Part shown: positions 1 through 13,400 of the stretch, piece after piece
Numbering within the stretch: position 1 is the first letter of the stretch
Layout of the letters: each line of letters begins with the position of its first letter
Assembly (NCBI RefSeq): GCF_044704955.1
Contig: NC_092008.1
Coordinates: 5,828,001-5,892,000 of the forward strand
Origin: Pristiophorus japonicus
Taxonomy: Eukaryota
Direction: 5' to 3'
Length of the DNA stretch: 64,000 nt
Translations under genes and position numbers: made by a program
Notes under the pieces: model-generated
Seen by the model: the letters and a program-made list of their open reading frames with translations, nothing else
Told to the model about the DNA's origin: nothing
Database searches by the model: none

Positions 1-209
1 GGAGATTTTCACGTTTATTTCTTCCATCGAATCCTGTGGCATTGCCCTCACAATCTTCTCATACATTGTCCCCATTGCGTTTTCCTCTACTTCCTTATCC
101 TCCTCACAAACCATATTCGTCACGACCGCTTCTGGCAACTAAACTGGAATCTTCTCATATTCCACGAGTAGAATATCAGATTTTATCAAAGCTTTATTAA
201 ATAATACCC

Positions 210-1190
210 CTTCTTCTTCTTAGTCAGTCCCTCGGAGTCGAGGATGACTTGCTTCCAAATTAAAGATGAGTTCTTATGTGACTGATGACTGCGATGTGGG
301 ATCTCCAGTCTCTGTCACAGGTGGGGCAGACGGAAGTTGAAGGGATGCTGGGAGAAGGGACAGGTGGGTGGCATGCTTGGGTTGTCATGCACTCCATCCA
401 CTGCTTCAACTTGGTTTCCGCTTTCTCCTGGCGAAGAGACTCGGAGTGTTCCGTACCTTCCCAGATGTTTCTCCTCCACTTTGAGCGTTCTTGGGCCCAG
501 GATTCCCAGGTATCGGTGGGGATGTTACATATTTTCAACATGATTTTTTGGGTGTCCAAGAAGCATTTCCTCTGCCCATCCGGGGCTCGCTTGCCGTGTC
601 GCAGCACCGCGTAGAGCGTTTGTTTTGGAAGTCTCGTCTCGGGCATGCAGCTGATGTGGCCCGTCCATCAAAGCTGATCGAACGTGGTCAATGCTTCGAT
701 GCTGGGGATGTTTGCCCGAGCATGAACACTGACGTTGGTGCGCTTATCCTGCCAATGGATTTGCAGGATCTTGCGGAGCCAGATTGGGTGGAACTTCTCC
801 AGTGCTGTGAGATGCCTGCTATACATAGTCCATGTCTCTGAAACATAAAGCGCGGTGGGTATTACTATGCGCTCTTTACCATGAGCGTGTTGCCGGGTTT
901 GACATCCTGGTTGTCAATCACTCTCTTCCTCAGGTGAACGATGGCTGCGCTGTTACACTGAAGGCGGTGTTTGACCGTCATTGAAGTCTACCCTTGTTGG
1001 CAGTAGGCTCCCGAGGTATGGCAAATGCTCCCCGTTGTCCAAGTCTTCATCGTGGATTTTTATCATCTGCAGCCGGTACTGTGTGGCGATTCCAGGTTGG
1101 TGGAGGACCTTTGTCTTACGGATGCTTACTGTAAGGCACATGCTCTCCTATGCTTCTGTGAAAGTATTGACGATGGTTTGGATTTCGGCC
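210..1190 (-). mobile_element. RTE-clade LINE 3' fragment (degenerate ORF2 C-terminus with C2H2 finger)
   Basis: Minus-strand ORFs give RLPKQTLY...GKRAPDGQRK...WESWAQERSKWR and CPTCDRDWRSHIAVISHIRTH; the HLPYLGS motif is present; an (AAG)n tail lies at ~210-221. Confidence 0.8.
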
Positions 1191-1856
1191 TTATCTCAAA
1201 ATTATCGAAGTTAACTCTTATCTCTGTTCTTTGACTGTGGATAAGCCCACTATGTACTCTTGATAGCTGTTGAAATGTAATCAGTCATAATCCCCTGTTA
1301 TAATTCTTGAGTATTATGTCATGCTGGATTGCAGATTAATATGAAGTTTGCTAGTCCACAATTGTATTACTTTAGTTTAATTTTCCTCTGTTTCAATTAG
1401 TGGAAGTAATCATCTTGTACCTAGGTTTTATTTACAGTTAAAAGTCTCATTGTCTTCAAAATCCACTGGTTTCATCATCAACAAAAGCATTATGACAGAG
1501 GCCTAAGACCAGTTTCTGTGGTTGTATGAACTTCTCCACGTTTCCGGTTTTTGGGGTATATCCCAGGGTTTTCGGTTCTCTCTCAATGTGGAAGATCCAC
1601 GGAGTTAACAGACAGGTGGCCATGCGTATGTGTGTAGGAAGTCTGAGGAATGGGTCGCTTCTTCTACCGAAAGGGCAGGAATAATATTATTCTCAGTCGT
1701 ACTTTGTAAACTGCTGATTAAATATTGTAAGGTATTAATTCTTGCCTATGCTAAATAAAGCCATATAATTACACCGAATATGGTGTCAATGTTGAACAAT
1801 TGAACAGACAGACAGACCCAAAAACGACAACAATGAGCGATCCTTGTGGTGAAATC

Positions 1857-2160
1857 CTGACGTGATGATGGACCTTATCTAAACGGGCTGTCCTATTGGT
1901 GATGAAAGGCCTTCTCGTTAACTGGTCAATAACTGAGGTGATGGTGGACATTATTGAAACGGGCAGTCAGAGTGGTGATCAACGGCATCCTCTTTAACCG
2001 GATGAGCCTTGAGGTGATGATGGGCTTTCTATTTAAACGAGAGAGACTTGAGGTGATGATGGAAATTTTCTTTCATCAGGCAGTTCATGAGGTTATGGTG
2101 GGCCTTCTTTACCAGAAAGGCTTCGATGTGATGGTGGCTCTGGTTTTAAATGTGCAGTTA
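1857..2160. repeat. Degenerate ~36-39 bp tandem repeat (TGAGGTGATGGTGG... core), ~8 units
   Basis: Recurrent gaggtgatg(a/g)tgg motif; paralogous copies at 30887-31190 and 55050-55352. Confidence 0.7.
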
Positions 2161-2636
2161 ACATGTGCACCAGGAAGTGAAGGTCGGATGTCAGAGTTTG
2201 TATTAAATGGATTCACTATAGCAGGAGGTTTGCCTCATTGACACAGTGAGCTCGGATAGGTCATGAGGGGAAATATTTGAAAATCTAGCGAAGGATCATA
2301 ATTCAGAGCAAGAGAAGGAGATGTTTTCCTTGATGGGGATGGGGAAGGAGATGAGCCAAAAACAGGTGAACAGATAATTTCGGTATCAGTGACAAATAAT
2401 TCCATCAGTTTCTCGGATTGATCTTGGAGGTGTGTGTAGAAGGGACAGGGCAGAGGTGTTTAACAATATGGTTGTTAGTTTTGAAAGGAAGACGGGGTCT
2501 ACGTTTGCTTTTCATGATAATATTGGATATTGGATCTGCTTAGCGTGAAAGATGCATAATCTTACAGGGCTGTATTTGAAGAGCCTGCTTCGACATTAAA
2601 TGAGTAAACCAGTTGTGGACCAGATACGATCAATAA

Positions 2637-3130
2637 TCACTGACTCACTCTCCCCTGGTAACTGACTCACTCTCCCCGGTCACTGACTCACTCTCCCTGG
2701 TTACTGATTCACTTTCCCCTGGTCAGTAACTCACTCTCCCCCGGTCACTGACTCACCACCGACCCTGGTTACTGACTCACTCTCCCCGGTCACTGACTCA
2801 CTCTCCCTGGTCACTGACTCACTCTCCCCTGGTAACTGACTCACTCTCCTTGGCTACTGATTCACAGTCCCCTGGTCACTGAATCACTCTCCCCTGGTAA
2901 CTGACTCACTCTCCTTGGCTACTGATTCACTGTCCCCTGGTCACTGACTCACTCTCCCCGGTCACTGCCTCACTCTCCTTGGTCAGTGACTCACTCTCAC
3001 TGGTTATTGATTCACTCTCTCCTGGTCACCGACTCACTCTCCCCGGTCACTGACTCACTCTTCCCGGTCAGTGACTCACTCTCCCTGGTTACTGATTCAT
3101 TCTCCCCCGGTCACTTACTCACTCTCACCG
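2637..3130. repeat. ~21-bp minisatellite (CACTGACTCACTCTCCCCGGT), ~23 units, intron remnant of GPCR copy A
   Basis: Direct tandem repeats visible in the sequence. Confidence 0.95.
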
Positions 3131-3598
3131 GACGCACTCCTGTAATTGCTGCCGCTGAATTACGGTCCATAATGACCTACCAAGACATTTCAGCCAAAGT
3201 CCAACTACCCAAACTAACTCCTGTTTGCGTGCAGACTGGGAACAGAATCCCAGAATGTCGATGGTTCCAGGGTTCCTGCAACAGCAGGCAATGATTTAAT
3301 AAACCTGGAGCTGAGGGCTAATGCCGTTTCAGTATTGATCCTCTCATTAAATGGCACACTACTCTTGTAATATTAAATTCCATGCCCCGGTTCCGTTTAC
3401 CATTCTTTGCTGATTGGTGAGTTGCACAGTTTGCATTGTACATCACGTTTCCAGCAGAAAGCCCTTTCTTTGGAACATTATTAAATTCCATCACTGGCAG
3501 CAGTAATAAATGTAGAAATTTTACCCCAACCCCTTCAATCCGCTGAATTCACTTTCGTCCTGTTGTGTTAATTTCCTTTTGATGTCCCTTCCTCACAG

Positions 3599-4494
3599 CT
3601 AACTCAATGACGATTGTGATCCTGTATCGGGGAAAGTGCGGTCTCTCCAAATGCGTCACTCGCTACTTGGTGGCCATGGCAGCGGCGGATCTACTGGTTG
3701 TTATCACTGACCTGATATTGAGGCAGATTCCAATTGTTCATCGTCTGTATTTTGTGCAGCGAATCCCCGTGTGTAATATCCACGCCGTCCTGCTTTATGC
3801 AGCCACAGACTGTTCTGTCTGGTTCACCGTCACTTTCACCTTTGATCGATTCGTGGCAATTTGTTGCCAGAAGCTGAAAACTAAATATTGCACTGAGAAA
3901 ACCGCAGCTGTGGTTCTTGGAGCAGTGACTGTGCTGAGCTGTTTAAAGAACATTTTCTGGTACTTTATGTATTTACCTTGGTACAGGTTTGCCAATACAC
4001 CCTGGTTCTGTTACGTGAGTGTTCTTGTTATGATTTCACATTTGTGTGGAACACTCGAGCTTCTTCATTCTATTCTCACCCCTTGCATCCCATTTGTTCT
4101 GATTCTGCTCCTCAATGCTTTAACCATCAGACACATTTTACTGACCAGCAGAGTCCGCAGGAGACTCCGGGATCACAGCAGTGAGGTGATTGCCAGTGAC
4201 ATAGAGATGGAGCGACGAAGGAAATCCATCATTTTACTGCTCATTATTTCATGGAATTTCATTCTGTTATGGGCTGTGTTTATGTTGTTTTCTATTTGGA
4301 ACAGGTTATCGTATTTTGTTCTTGATATTTTCCATCTACCTGCTTACATGAAAGAAATAGGATTTATGCTCCAGCTCCTGAGTTGCTGCACAAACACTTG
4401 TATTTATGCCGTGACCCAGAATAAGTTCAGAGAGCAGTTGAAGAATGTGGTGAAATGTCCGTATCTCCGAATTGTTAAAATAATTAAATGGTGA
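3599..4494 (+). pseudogene. GPR139/GPR142-like class A GPCR, copy A: exon 2 only (exon 1 deleted); 295-aa ORF from internal ATG 3607 still open
   Basis: Acceptor cccttcctcacAG|CT at 3598/3599; motifs YLVAMAAADL, CSVWFTVTFTFDRFVAIC, RRKSIILL, LLSCCTNTCIY. The region carrying exon 1 in copies B and C is missing at ~2637. Confidence 0.85.
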
Positions 4495-4849
4495 GACTGA
4501 ATGTAGAAAATGCAGCATCAGAAATCAACATGATGTACGAAAAGGAGCGAAGCAGGAGAAGGCCATGGTGAATATCCACGGTTTCTCATGTAGAAAACAA
4601 AATTAACTCAATATAGATGACACTGCGGCAGAAAGGAAACGTTACCTGATGTGGGGACGTCGAGATTTAACACAATCACATATTACACAGACGTAGTTAG
4701 CACGGGTTGGCAGAATAGTATGATGTTACAAGGTCACAATTAACCTGATAAAATACACAACACACCCGATCCTTTCAGGGATTTCGATCTAGATAGCATG
4801 AATATTCAAGACGATAAGGTTCGGACATGCGCTGAAATAGTTAGGAGGA

Positions 4850-5745
4850 TTACATAGCACATAAGCAGGTAATTCGGGCCATCGTACATTTGCCATCTCT
4901 TTGAACGAGATATACAATTTTTCTCACTCAGCTGGTCTTGCCCCATAGTTTTGATAATTTTACCTGTCAAATATTAATCCAATTCCTTCGTGTCGGTTGG
5001 TACTGAAGCCGGATTATCCACCCTTTTAGTCTCGTCATTCACGATAATAATTCGAGGTGTACAAAAAACTCCGCATTTGCCCACTAGATTTCTTGTCAAG
5101 AATTAAAATCTGTGTCCGCTCGTTACCAAGCCTCCAGTTAGTGGAAAACATTTTCGTATAACTACTATGCCGATACCATTCATGATTAAATCTATCCAAA
5201 CCCTCTCGGACCTGTGAAGTATAGGTCCCCGAATTACTACAGCCCCTTTTAAATTGTGCCATTTAGCTTATATTACTTCTCCTCATTTGTACCGACAATA
5301 TGCTTCACTTTGCAATCCCCTGCTTTAAATGTGCACTGCCATGTTTCTGTGGAAGTCACTCCTCATGACTTCTGGTATGTTCCACTCGTTTTACTACATT
5401 CGCAACTTTGTGACATTTGCAAACTTTGCTATTGTGTCCTGAGTACTCAATTCCAGGACATTAATAAATATCCTCAACGAGCAGTGGTCCCAACAGCGCC
5501 ACCTAGCTGATAACATCGGGGACTTAACCGCTGTCCAAATCACAAAGTTCGCCATTATTCTCTGCTTTCTGTCACTCGGCGGATTTCGAATCTATGCAGA
5601 CACTGTCCCTTTAATGCCACGGGCTTCAATTTTGCCAGCAAATCTGCTATGCGGTACTTCATCAAGTGTCTTTTGAAAATTCGTCAAATTCGTCATGCAC
5701 GATTTGCCTTTGTCAAATTAGACTAGCATGAGCAGTTAAGACCAC
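4850..5745 (-). mobile_element. Old, highly degraded CR1-type LINE fragment
   Basis: The paralogous segment in unit C translates as FVKGKSCLTNLINLFDE (CR1 RT); also present at ~36000-36890 and ~60320-61230. Confidence 0.55.
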
Positions 5746-6228
5746 AAGTTTCTAACACCCAGGTGAATCCTTTGCAGGTGAAGAACTTTCAGTACCACTC
5801 GCAATGACACTGCAATTAAAGAGTTGTATCAATTATTTGACAACTAAATTGTATTAATCTGATGCCTCAATCCTGAAATTTGGGTTAAGCGTACGTACGA
5901 TTGACTATCTCACAGACCAAACATAATTGGCGACCGAATCAATACTGGGAATAATTAAGTTTTTCATTGTCTGATTTTTTGACTGCCATCTCAAGTCAGT
6001 CAGTCCCATACAGAGCAGATTCTGGAATATGGAGTATCTGGGCGAATAAAAAGATGCACATTCGACGTAGCATGGAGTGATAACTATGAGGGTTAGTAAT
6101 CTCACGGGAAAAAGAACCATGAGTGAGTTAAATTGGATCCTGGGTACCGGAAAAACCAAATTTCCTGTGTTACAAGAGATGGTTTTCAAGCCTGAGATTC
6201 TATCCAAATCTCATCAGCATCACAAAAA

Positions 6229-6505
6229 GGAGAGTCGAGCGTGGGGAGGGCTAAAAAAGGCCCACCGTCGGCGCGAGGCGACAGTCCGAGCAGCGTCGGG
6301 GAGCTGAGTGTGAGGAGGCCTATAAAGGCCAGCTGGTGCAGCTGCAGCAGGGTGAGAAGGCAAAAAAGAAGTCGAAAGACATCGAAAGGTGACTTCACAG
6401 CCAAGGGGGTAAGTGATTGTCTGGTGATTGGTGAGTGGATTTTGTTTTTCTATACTTTATCAGTAAGTAACCTTTTGCATTGTTGTTGCCAATTTAAGTT
6501 TATAA
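6229..6505 (+). mobile_element. 5' UTR of forward 'host' CR1 LINE (element continues at 10439)
   Basis: In unit B the same sequence runs directly into the ORF1 ATG (gtttatctaagggttaaatcATGgcag, 37661-37687); absent in unit C. Confidence 0.75.
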
Positions 6506-9500
6506 GAACATAAGAACATAAGAACATAAGAATTAGGAACAGGAGTAGGCCATCTAGCCCCTCGAGCCTGCTCCGCCATTCAACAAGATCATTGCTGATT
6601 TGGCCGTGGACTCAACTCCACTTACCCGCCCGCTCCCCATAACCCTTCATTCCCTTATTTGTTAAAAATCTATCTATCTGTGACTTGAATACATTCAATG
6701 AGCTAGCCTCAACTGCTTCCTTGGGCAGAGAATTCCACGAATTCACAACCCTCTGGGAGAAGATATTCCTTCTCAACTCGGTTTTAAAATGGCTCCCCCG
6801 TATTTTGAGGCTGTGCCCCCGAGTTCTAGTCTCCCCTACCAGTGGAAACAACCTCTCTGCCTCGATCTTGTCTATCCCTTTCATTATTTTAAATGTTTCT
6901 ATAAGATCACCCCTCATCCTTCTGAACTCAAACGAGTAAACACCCAGTCTACTCAATCTATCATCATAAGGTCACCCCCTCATCTCAGGAATCAACCTTG
7001 TGAATCGTCTCTGTCCTCCCTCCAAAGCCAGTATATCCTTCCTTAAGTAAGGTGACTAAAACTGCACGCAGTACTCCAGGTGCGGCCTTATCAATATCCA
7101 ATAGAGTTGGAGCAGGACATCCCTGCTTTTGTACTTCATCCCTCTCGCAATGAAGGCCAACATTCCATTCGCCTTCCTGATTACCTGCTGCAGCTGCAAA
7201 CTAACATTTTGGGATTCATGCACAAGGAACCCCTGGTCCCTGTGCACCTCAGCATGTTGCAATTTCTCCGCATTCATATAATATTCCCTTTTACTGTTGT
7301 TTCCCAAGGTTGATGACCTCACACTTTCCGACATAGTATTCCATCTGCCAAACCTTAACCCATTCACCTAACCTATCCAAATCTCTTTGCAGCCTCTTTG
7401 TGTCTTCTGCACAACCCGCTTTCCCACTAATCTTTGTGTCATCTGAAAATGTTGTGACACAACACTCTGTCCCCTCTTCCAGGTCATCTATGTATATTGT
7501 AAACAATTGTTGTCCCAGCACCGATCACTGTGGCACACCACTAACCACCGATTTCCAATCCGAAAAGGACCCATTTATCCCGACTCTCTGCTTTCTGATC
7601 GCCAGCCAATTCTCTATCCATGCTAATACTTTTCCTCTGACTCAGCGTACCTTTATCTTCTGCAGTAACCTTTTGTGTGGCACCTTATCGAATGCCTTTT
7701 GGAAATCTAAATACACCAGATCCATCGGTACACCTCTATCCACCATGCTCGTTATATCCTTAAATTATTCCAGCAAATTAGTTAAACATGATTTCCCCTT
7801 CATGAATCCATGCTGCGTCTACTTGATTGCACTATTCCTATCCAGATGTCCCGCTATTTCATCCTTCATGATAGTTGCAAGCATTTTTCCCACTACAGAT
7901 GTTAAACAAACCGGCCTATTGTTACCTGCCTTTTGTCTGCCCCCTTTTTTAAACAGAGGCGTTACATTAGCTGCTTGCCAATCCGCTGGTACCTCCCCAG
8001 CGTCCACAGAATTTTGGTACATTATAACAAATGCATCTGCTATAACTTCCGCCATCTCGTTTAATACCCTTGGATGCATTTCATCAGGATCAGGGGCCTT
8101 GTCTACCTTGAGTCCCATTAGCCTGTCCAGTAGAACCCCCCTAGTGATAGTGATTGTCTCAAGGTCCTCCCTTCCCACATTCCCGTGACCAGCAATTTTT
8201 GGTTTGGTTTTTGTGTCTTCCACTGTGAAGACCGAAGCAAAATAATTATTAAAGGTCTCAGCCATTTCCACATTTCACATTATTAAATCCCACTTCTCAT
8301 CTTCCAAGGGACCAACATTTACGATAGTCACTCTTTTCTGTTTCATATATCTGTAAAAGCTTTTACGATCTGTTTTTATGTTTTGCGCAAGTTTACCTTC
8401 GTAATCTATCTTTCCTTTCTTTATTGCTTTTTTAGTCATTCTTTGCTGTTGTTTAAAATTTTCCCAATCTTTTAGTTCCCCACTAACCTTGGCCACCTTC
8501 TCCGCATTGGTTTTTAATTTGATACTCTCCTTTATTTCCTTGGTTATCCACGACTGGTTATCCCTTCTCTTACCGCCCTTCCTTTTCACTGGAATATATT
8601 TTTGCTGCGTGCTATGAAAGAGCTCCTTGAAAGTCCTCCACTGTTCCTCAATTGTGCCACCGTTTAGTCTGTGTTTCCTGTCTACTTCAGCCAACTCTGC
8701 CCTCATCCCACTGTAGTCCCCTTTGTTTAAGTATATTATGCTCGTTTCTGCCACAATTTCCTCACCCTCAATCTGTATTACAAATTCAACCATACTGTGA
8801 TCACTCATTCGAAGAGGATCTTTTCATTGGAGATCGTTAATTTTCCTGTCTCATTAAACAGGACCAGATCTAAGATAGCTTGCTCCCTTGTAGGTTCTGT
8901 AACATACTGTTCTAAGAAACAATCCCGTATGCATTCTATGAATTACTCCTCCAGGCTACCCCATGCGATTTGATTTGACCAATCGATATGTAGGTTAAAA
9001 TCCCCCATGACTACTGCCATTCCTTTTTCACATGCGTCCATTATTCCCTTGATTATTGCCCGTCCCACCATGAAGTTATTATTTTTGGGCCTATAAACGA
9101 CGCCCTCCAGTGACCTTTTTCCCCTTACTATCTTTAATCTCCACCCACAATGATTCAACATTTTGTTCATTAGAGACAATATCGTCTCTCACAACTGTTC
9201 TGATATCATCCTTTATTAACAGAGCTGCCCCATCTCCTTTCCCTTCTTGTCTATCTTTCCAAATCATCAGATACCCCTGTATGTTTAATTCCCAGTCTTG
9301 GCCACCCTGCAACCATGTTTCTGTAATGGCCGCCAAATCATACCCATTTGTAATGATTTGTGCCATCAACTCATTTACTTTATTTCGAATTCTGCGTGCG
9401 TTTAGGTAGAGTGTTTTAATCCTAGTTTTTAAACGATGATTTTTAGTTTTGACCCCTCCTGCAGCCCCTTTATATTCAGTGGCCCCTTTTGTTTTTTGCC

Positions 9501-10438
9501 TTGGGTTTCTCTGCCCTCCATTTTTGCTCATCTCTTTTCTGTCTTTTGCTTTTGTCTCCTTTTTGTTTCCCTCTGTCTCCCTGCATTGGTCCCCATCCCC
9601 CTGCCATACCAATTTAACTCCTCCCCAACAGCACTAGCAAACACTCCCCTTAGGACATTGGTTCCGGTCCTGCCCAGGTGCAGACCGTCCGGTTTGTACT
9701 GGTCCCACCTCCCCCAGAACCGGTTCCAATGCCCCAGGAATTTGAATCCCTTCCTACTGCACCACTGCTCAAGCCACGTATTCTTCTGAGCTATCCTGCG
9801 ATTCCAACTCTGACTAGCACGTGGCACTGGTAGCAATCCCGAGATTACTATTTTTGAGGTCCTACGTTTTAATTTAGCTCCTAGCTCCTTAAATTCGTCT
9901 CGTAGGACCTCATCCCTTTTTTTACCTATATCGTTGGTACCAACGTGCACCACGACAACTGCCTGTTCACCCTCCCTTTTCAGAATGGCCTGCACCCGCT
10001 CCGAGACATCCTTGATCCTTGCACCAGGGAGGCAACATACCATCCTGGAGTCTCGGTTTCGGCCGCAGAAACGCCTATCTGTTCCCCTTACAATCGAACC
10101 CCTATCACTATCACTCTCCAACTCTTTTTCCTGCCTTCCTTTGCAGCAGAGCCAGCCACGTTTCCATAAACTTGGCTGCTGCTGCCCTCCCATGATGAGT
10201 CATCCCCCTCAACAGTACTCAAAACGGTGTATCTATTTTGCAGGGGGATGACCGCAGGGAACCCCTGCACTACCTTCCTTGCACTGCTCTTCCTGCTGGT
10301 CTTCCTTTCCCTAACTGGCTGTGGACCCTTCACCTGTGGTAAGACCAACTCGCTACACGTGCTTTTCACATCATTCTCAGCATCGTGGATGCTCCAGAGT
10401 GAATCCACCCTCAGCTCCAATTCCACAACGCGGACCGT
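6503..10438 (-). mobile_element. Near full-length CR1 LINE (ORF1 SGNH esterase + ORF2 APE/RT, frameshifted), inserted antisense into host CR1
   Basis: ORF1 motifs VHVGTND and DGLHL (9528-10193); EN motifs LYLNAR, ITETWL, MGDFN, SDH; RT motif FSDDTK; RPHLEYCVQF; (ATGTTCTT)n 3' tail at 6503-6535. Confidence 0.92.
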
Positions 10439-13400
10439 CAGGGTTACATCATGGCAGGAGAGCTTGGACACGTTTTATGTTCCTCCTGTACTATGTGGGA
10501 AATCAGGGACACTTCCGGTGTCGCTGATGATTACGTGTGCGCGAAGTGCATCCACGTGTAGCTCCTGACGCACTGCATTGCAGAACTGGAGCTGCGGGTT
10601 GATTAACTCTGGATCCACGACGCTGAGAATGATGTGATTAGCACGTTTTGTGAATTGGTCTTAATGCAGGTAAAGGGTACACAGCCAGATCGGGAATGGC
10701 TGATCAACAGGAAGAGCAGTACAAGGAAGGTAATGCACGTGTCCCCTGTGGTCATCCCCCTGCAAAACAGATACACGGCTTTGGTACTGTTGAGGGGGAT
10801 AACTCATCAGGGGAGGGAAGCAGCAGCCAAGGTCATGGCACCGTGGGCGGCACTGCTGCAGAGGAGAGCAGGAAAAAGAGTGGGAGAGCTATAGTGACAG
10901 GGTCTTTAATTGTAAAGGGAATAGATAGATGTTTCTGCGGCTGCAACCGAGACTCTAGGATGGTATGCTGCCTCCCTGCAGCAAGGTTCAAGGATGTCTC
11001 GGCGCTGGTGCAGGGCATTCTGAAAAGTGAGGGTGAACAGCCAGTTGCTGTGATGCATATAGGTACCAACGATATAGGTTAAAAGTGGGATGAGGTCGTA
11101 CAAGACGAATTTAGGGAGCTCCGAGCTAAATTAAAATATAGGACATCAAAAGTAGTAATCTCAGGATTGCCACCAATGCCACGTACTAGTCAGAGTAGGA
11201 ATCGCAGGACAGCTCAGATGAATACGTGGCTTGAGGAGTGGTGCAAAAGGGAGGGATTCAAATTCCTGCGACATTGGAACTGGCTCTGGGGTAGGTGGGT
11301 CCAATATAAGCCAGCCGGTCTGCACCTGGGCAGGACCAAAACCAATGTCCGAGGGGAAGTGTTTCATAATGCACTTTTGCGAGGAGTTAAACTGATATGG
11401 CAGGGGGATGGGAACTTATGCAAGGAGACAGGGGGATGTAGAATGGGGGCAGAAGCAATAGATAGAAAGAAGAAAAGTGAAAGTGGAGGGCAGAGAAACC
11501 AAAGGCAAAAAGCACAAATTGCCGCATTATTAGCAAAATTCTAAAGGGGCAAAGTGTGTTAGAAAAACAAGCCTGAAGGCTCTGTGCCTCAATGCAAGGA
11601 TTATTCGGAATAAGGTGGACGAATTAACTGTGCAAATAGCAGTAAACGGGTATGATGTAATTGGAATCATGGAGACATAGCTCCAGGGTGACCAAGGCTG
11701 GGAACTCAACATCCAGGGGTATTCAACATTTAGGAAGGATAGACAGAAAGGAAAAGGAGTTGGAGTTGCATTGCTGTTTAAAGAGGAAATTAATGCAATA
11801 GTAAGAAAGGACATTAGCTTGGATGATGTGATGTGGAATCGGTGTGGGTGGAGCTACGGAATACCAAGGGGCAGAAAACGCTCGTGGGATTTGTGTGCAG
11901 ACCACCAAACAGTAGTAGTGAGGTTGGGGACAGCATCAAGCAAGAAATTAGGGATGCATGGAAAAAAGGTACAGCAATTATCATGGGTGACTTTAATCTA
12001 CATATTGATTCGGCTAACCAAACTGGTAGCAATGCGGTGGAGGAGGATTTCCTGGACTGTATTAGGGATGGTTTTCTAGACCAATATGTCGAGGAACCAA
12101 CGAGGGAGCTGGCCATCCTCGATTGGGTGATGTGTAATGAGAAAGGACTAATTAGCAATCTTCTTGTGCGAGGCACCTTGGGGAAGAGTGACCATAATAT
12201 GTAGAATTCTTTATTGAGATGGGGAGTCCTGAACTTAAGGAAAGGTAACTTCGATGGTCTGAGGCGTGAACTGGCTAGAATAGACTGGCACATGATACTT
12301 AACGGGTTGACGGTGGATACGCAATGGCAAACATTTAAAGATCACATGGATGTACTTTAGCAATAAAACGGAGAAGGTGGCTCAACCGTGGCTAACAAGG
12401 GGAATTAAGGATAGTATTAAATCCAAGGAAAAGGCATGGAATTTGGCCAGAAAAAGCAATACACAAGAGGACTGGGAGAAATTTAGAATTCAGCAGAGGA
12501 GGACAGAGGGGGAAAATAGAGTACGAGAAGAAGCTTGCATGGAACATAAAAGCTGACTGCAGGAAGTTCGACAGATATGTGAAGAGAAAAATATTCGTGA
12601 AGACAAACGTAGATCCCTTGCAATCGGATTCAGGTCAATTTATAATGGGGAACAAAGAAATGGCAGACCAATTGAACAAACACTTTGGTTATGTCTTCAC
12701 GAAGATAGACACAAATAAGCTTCCAGAAGTACCAGGGGACCGAGTGTCTAGTGACAAGGAGGAACTGAAGGATCTCTTTATTCGGTGGGAAATTGTGCTA
12801 GGGAAATTGATGGGATTGAAGGCAGATAAATCCCAGGGGCCTGATAGTCTGCATCCCAGAATACCTAAGGAAGTGGCCTGAGAAATAGTGGATGCATTGG
12901 TGATCATTCCCAACAGTCTATCGACTCTGGATCAGTTCCTATGGACTGAATGGTAGAGAATGTTACACCACTTTTTCAAAAGGGAGGGAGAGAGAAAGCG
13001 GGTAATTATAGATCGGTTAGCCTGACATCAGTACTGCGGAAAATGTTGGAATACATTTTTAAGGATGAAATAGAAGTGCATTTGGAAAACAGTGACAGGA
13101 TCGGTCCAAGTCAGCACGGATTTATGAAGGTGAAATCATGCTTGACAAATCTTCTGGAATTTTTTGAGGATGTAACGAGTAAAGTGGACAAGGGAGAGCC
13201 AGAGGATGTGGTGTATTTGGATTTTAAAAGGCTTTTGACAAGGTCCCACACAAGAGATTGGTGAGCAAAATCAAAGTACATGGTATTGGGGATAATATGC
13301 TGACTTGGATAGAGAACTGGTTGGCAGACACGAAGCAGAGATTCTGGATAAACGGCTCCTTTTCAGAATGGCAGGCTGTGTCTCGTGGAGTGCCAATGGG

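Noticed and set aside
1954-2241. 95-aa hydrophobic ORF repeated in all three units
   Set aside because: It derives from a ~36-39 bp tandem repeat, has a non-ATG start and no recognisable domain; recurrence is explained by recent duplication.
7400-8188. 262-aa + strand ORF (also 38576-39142, 24867-25619, 25694-26308, 53846-54343)
   Set aside because: Antisense or alternative-frame shadows of LINE ORF2 sequence.
9528-10193. SGNH esterase-like ORF as a host gene
   Set aside because: It is the known ORF1 esterase of CR1 elements and is frameshifted.
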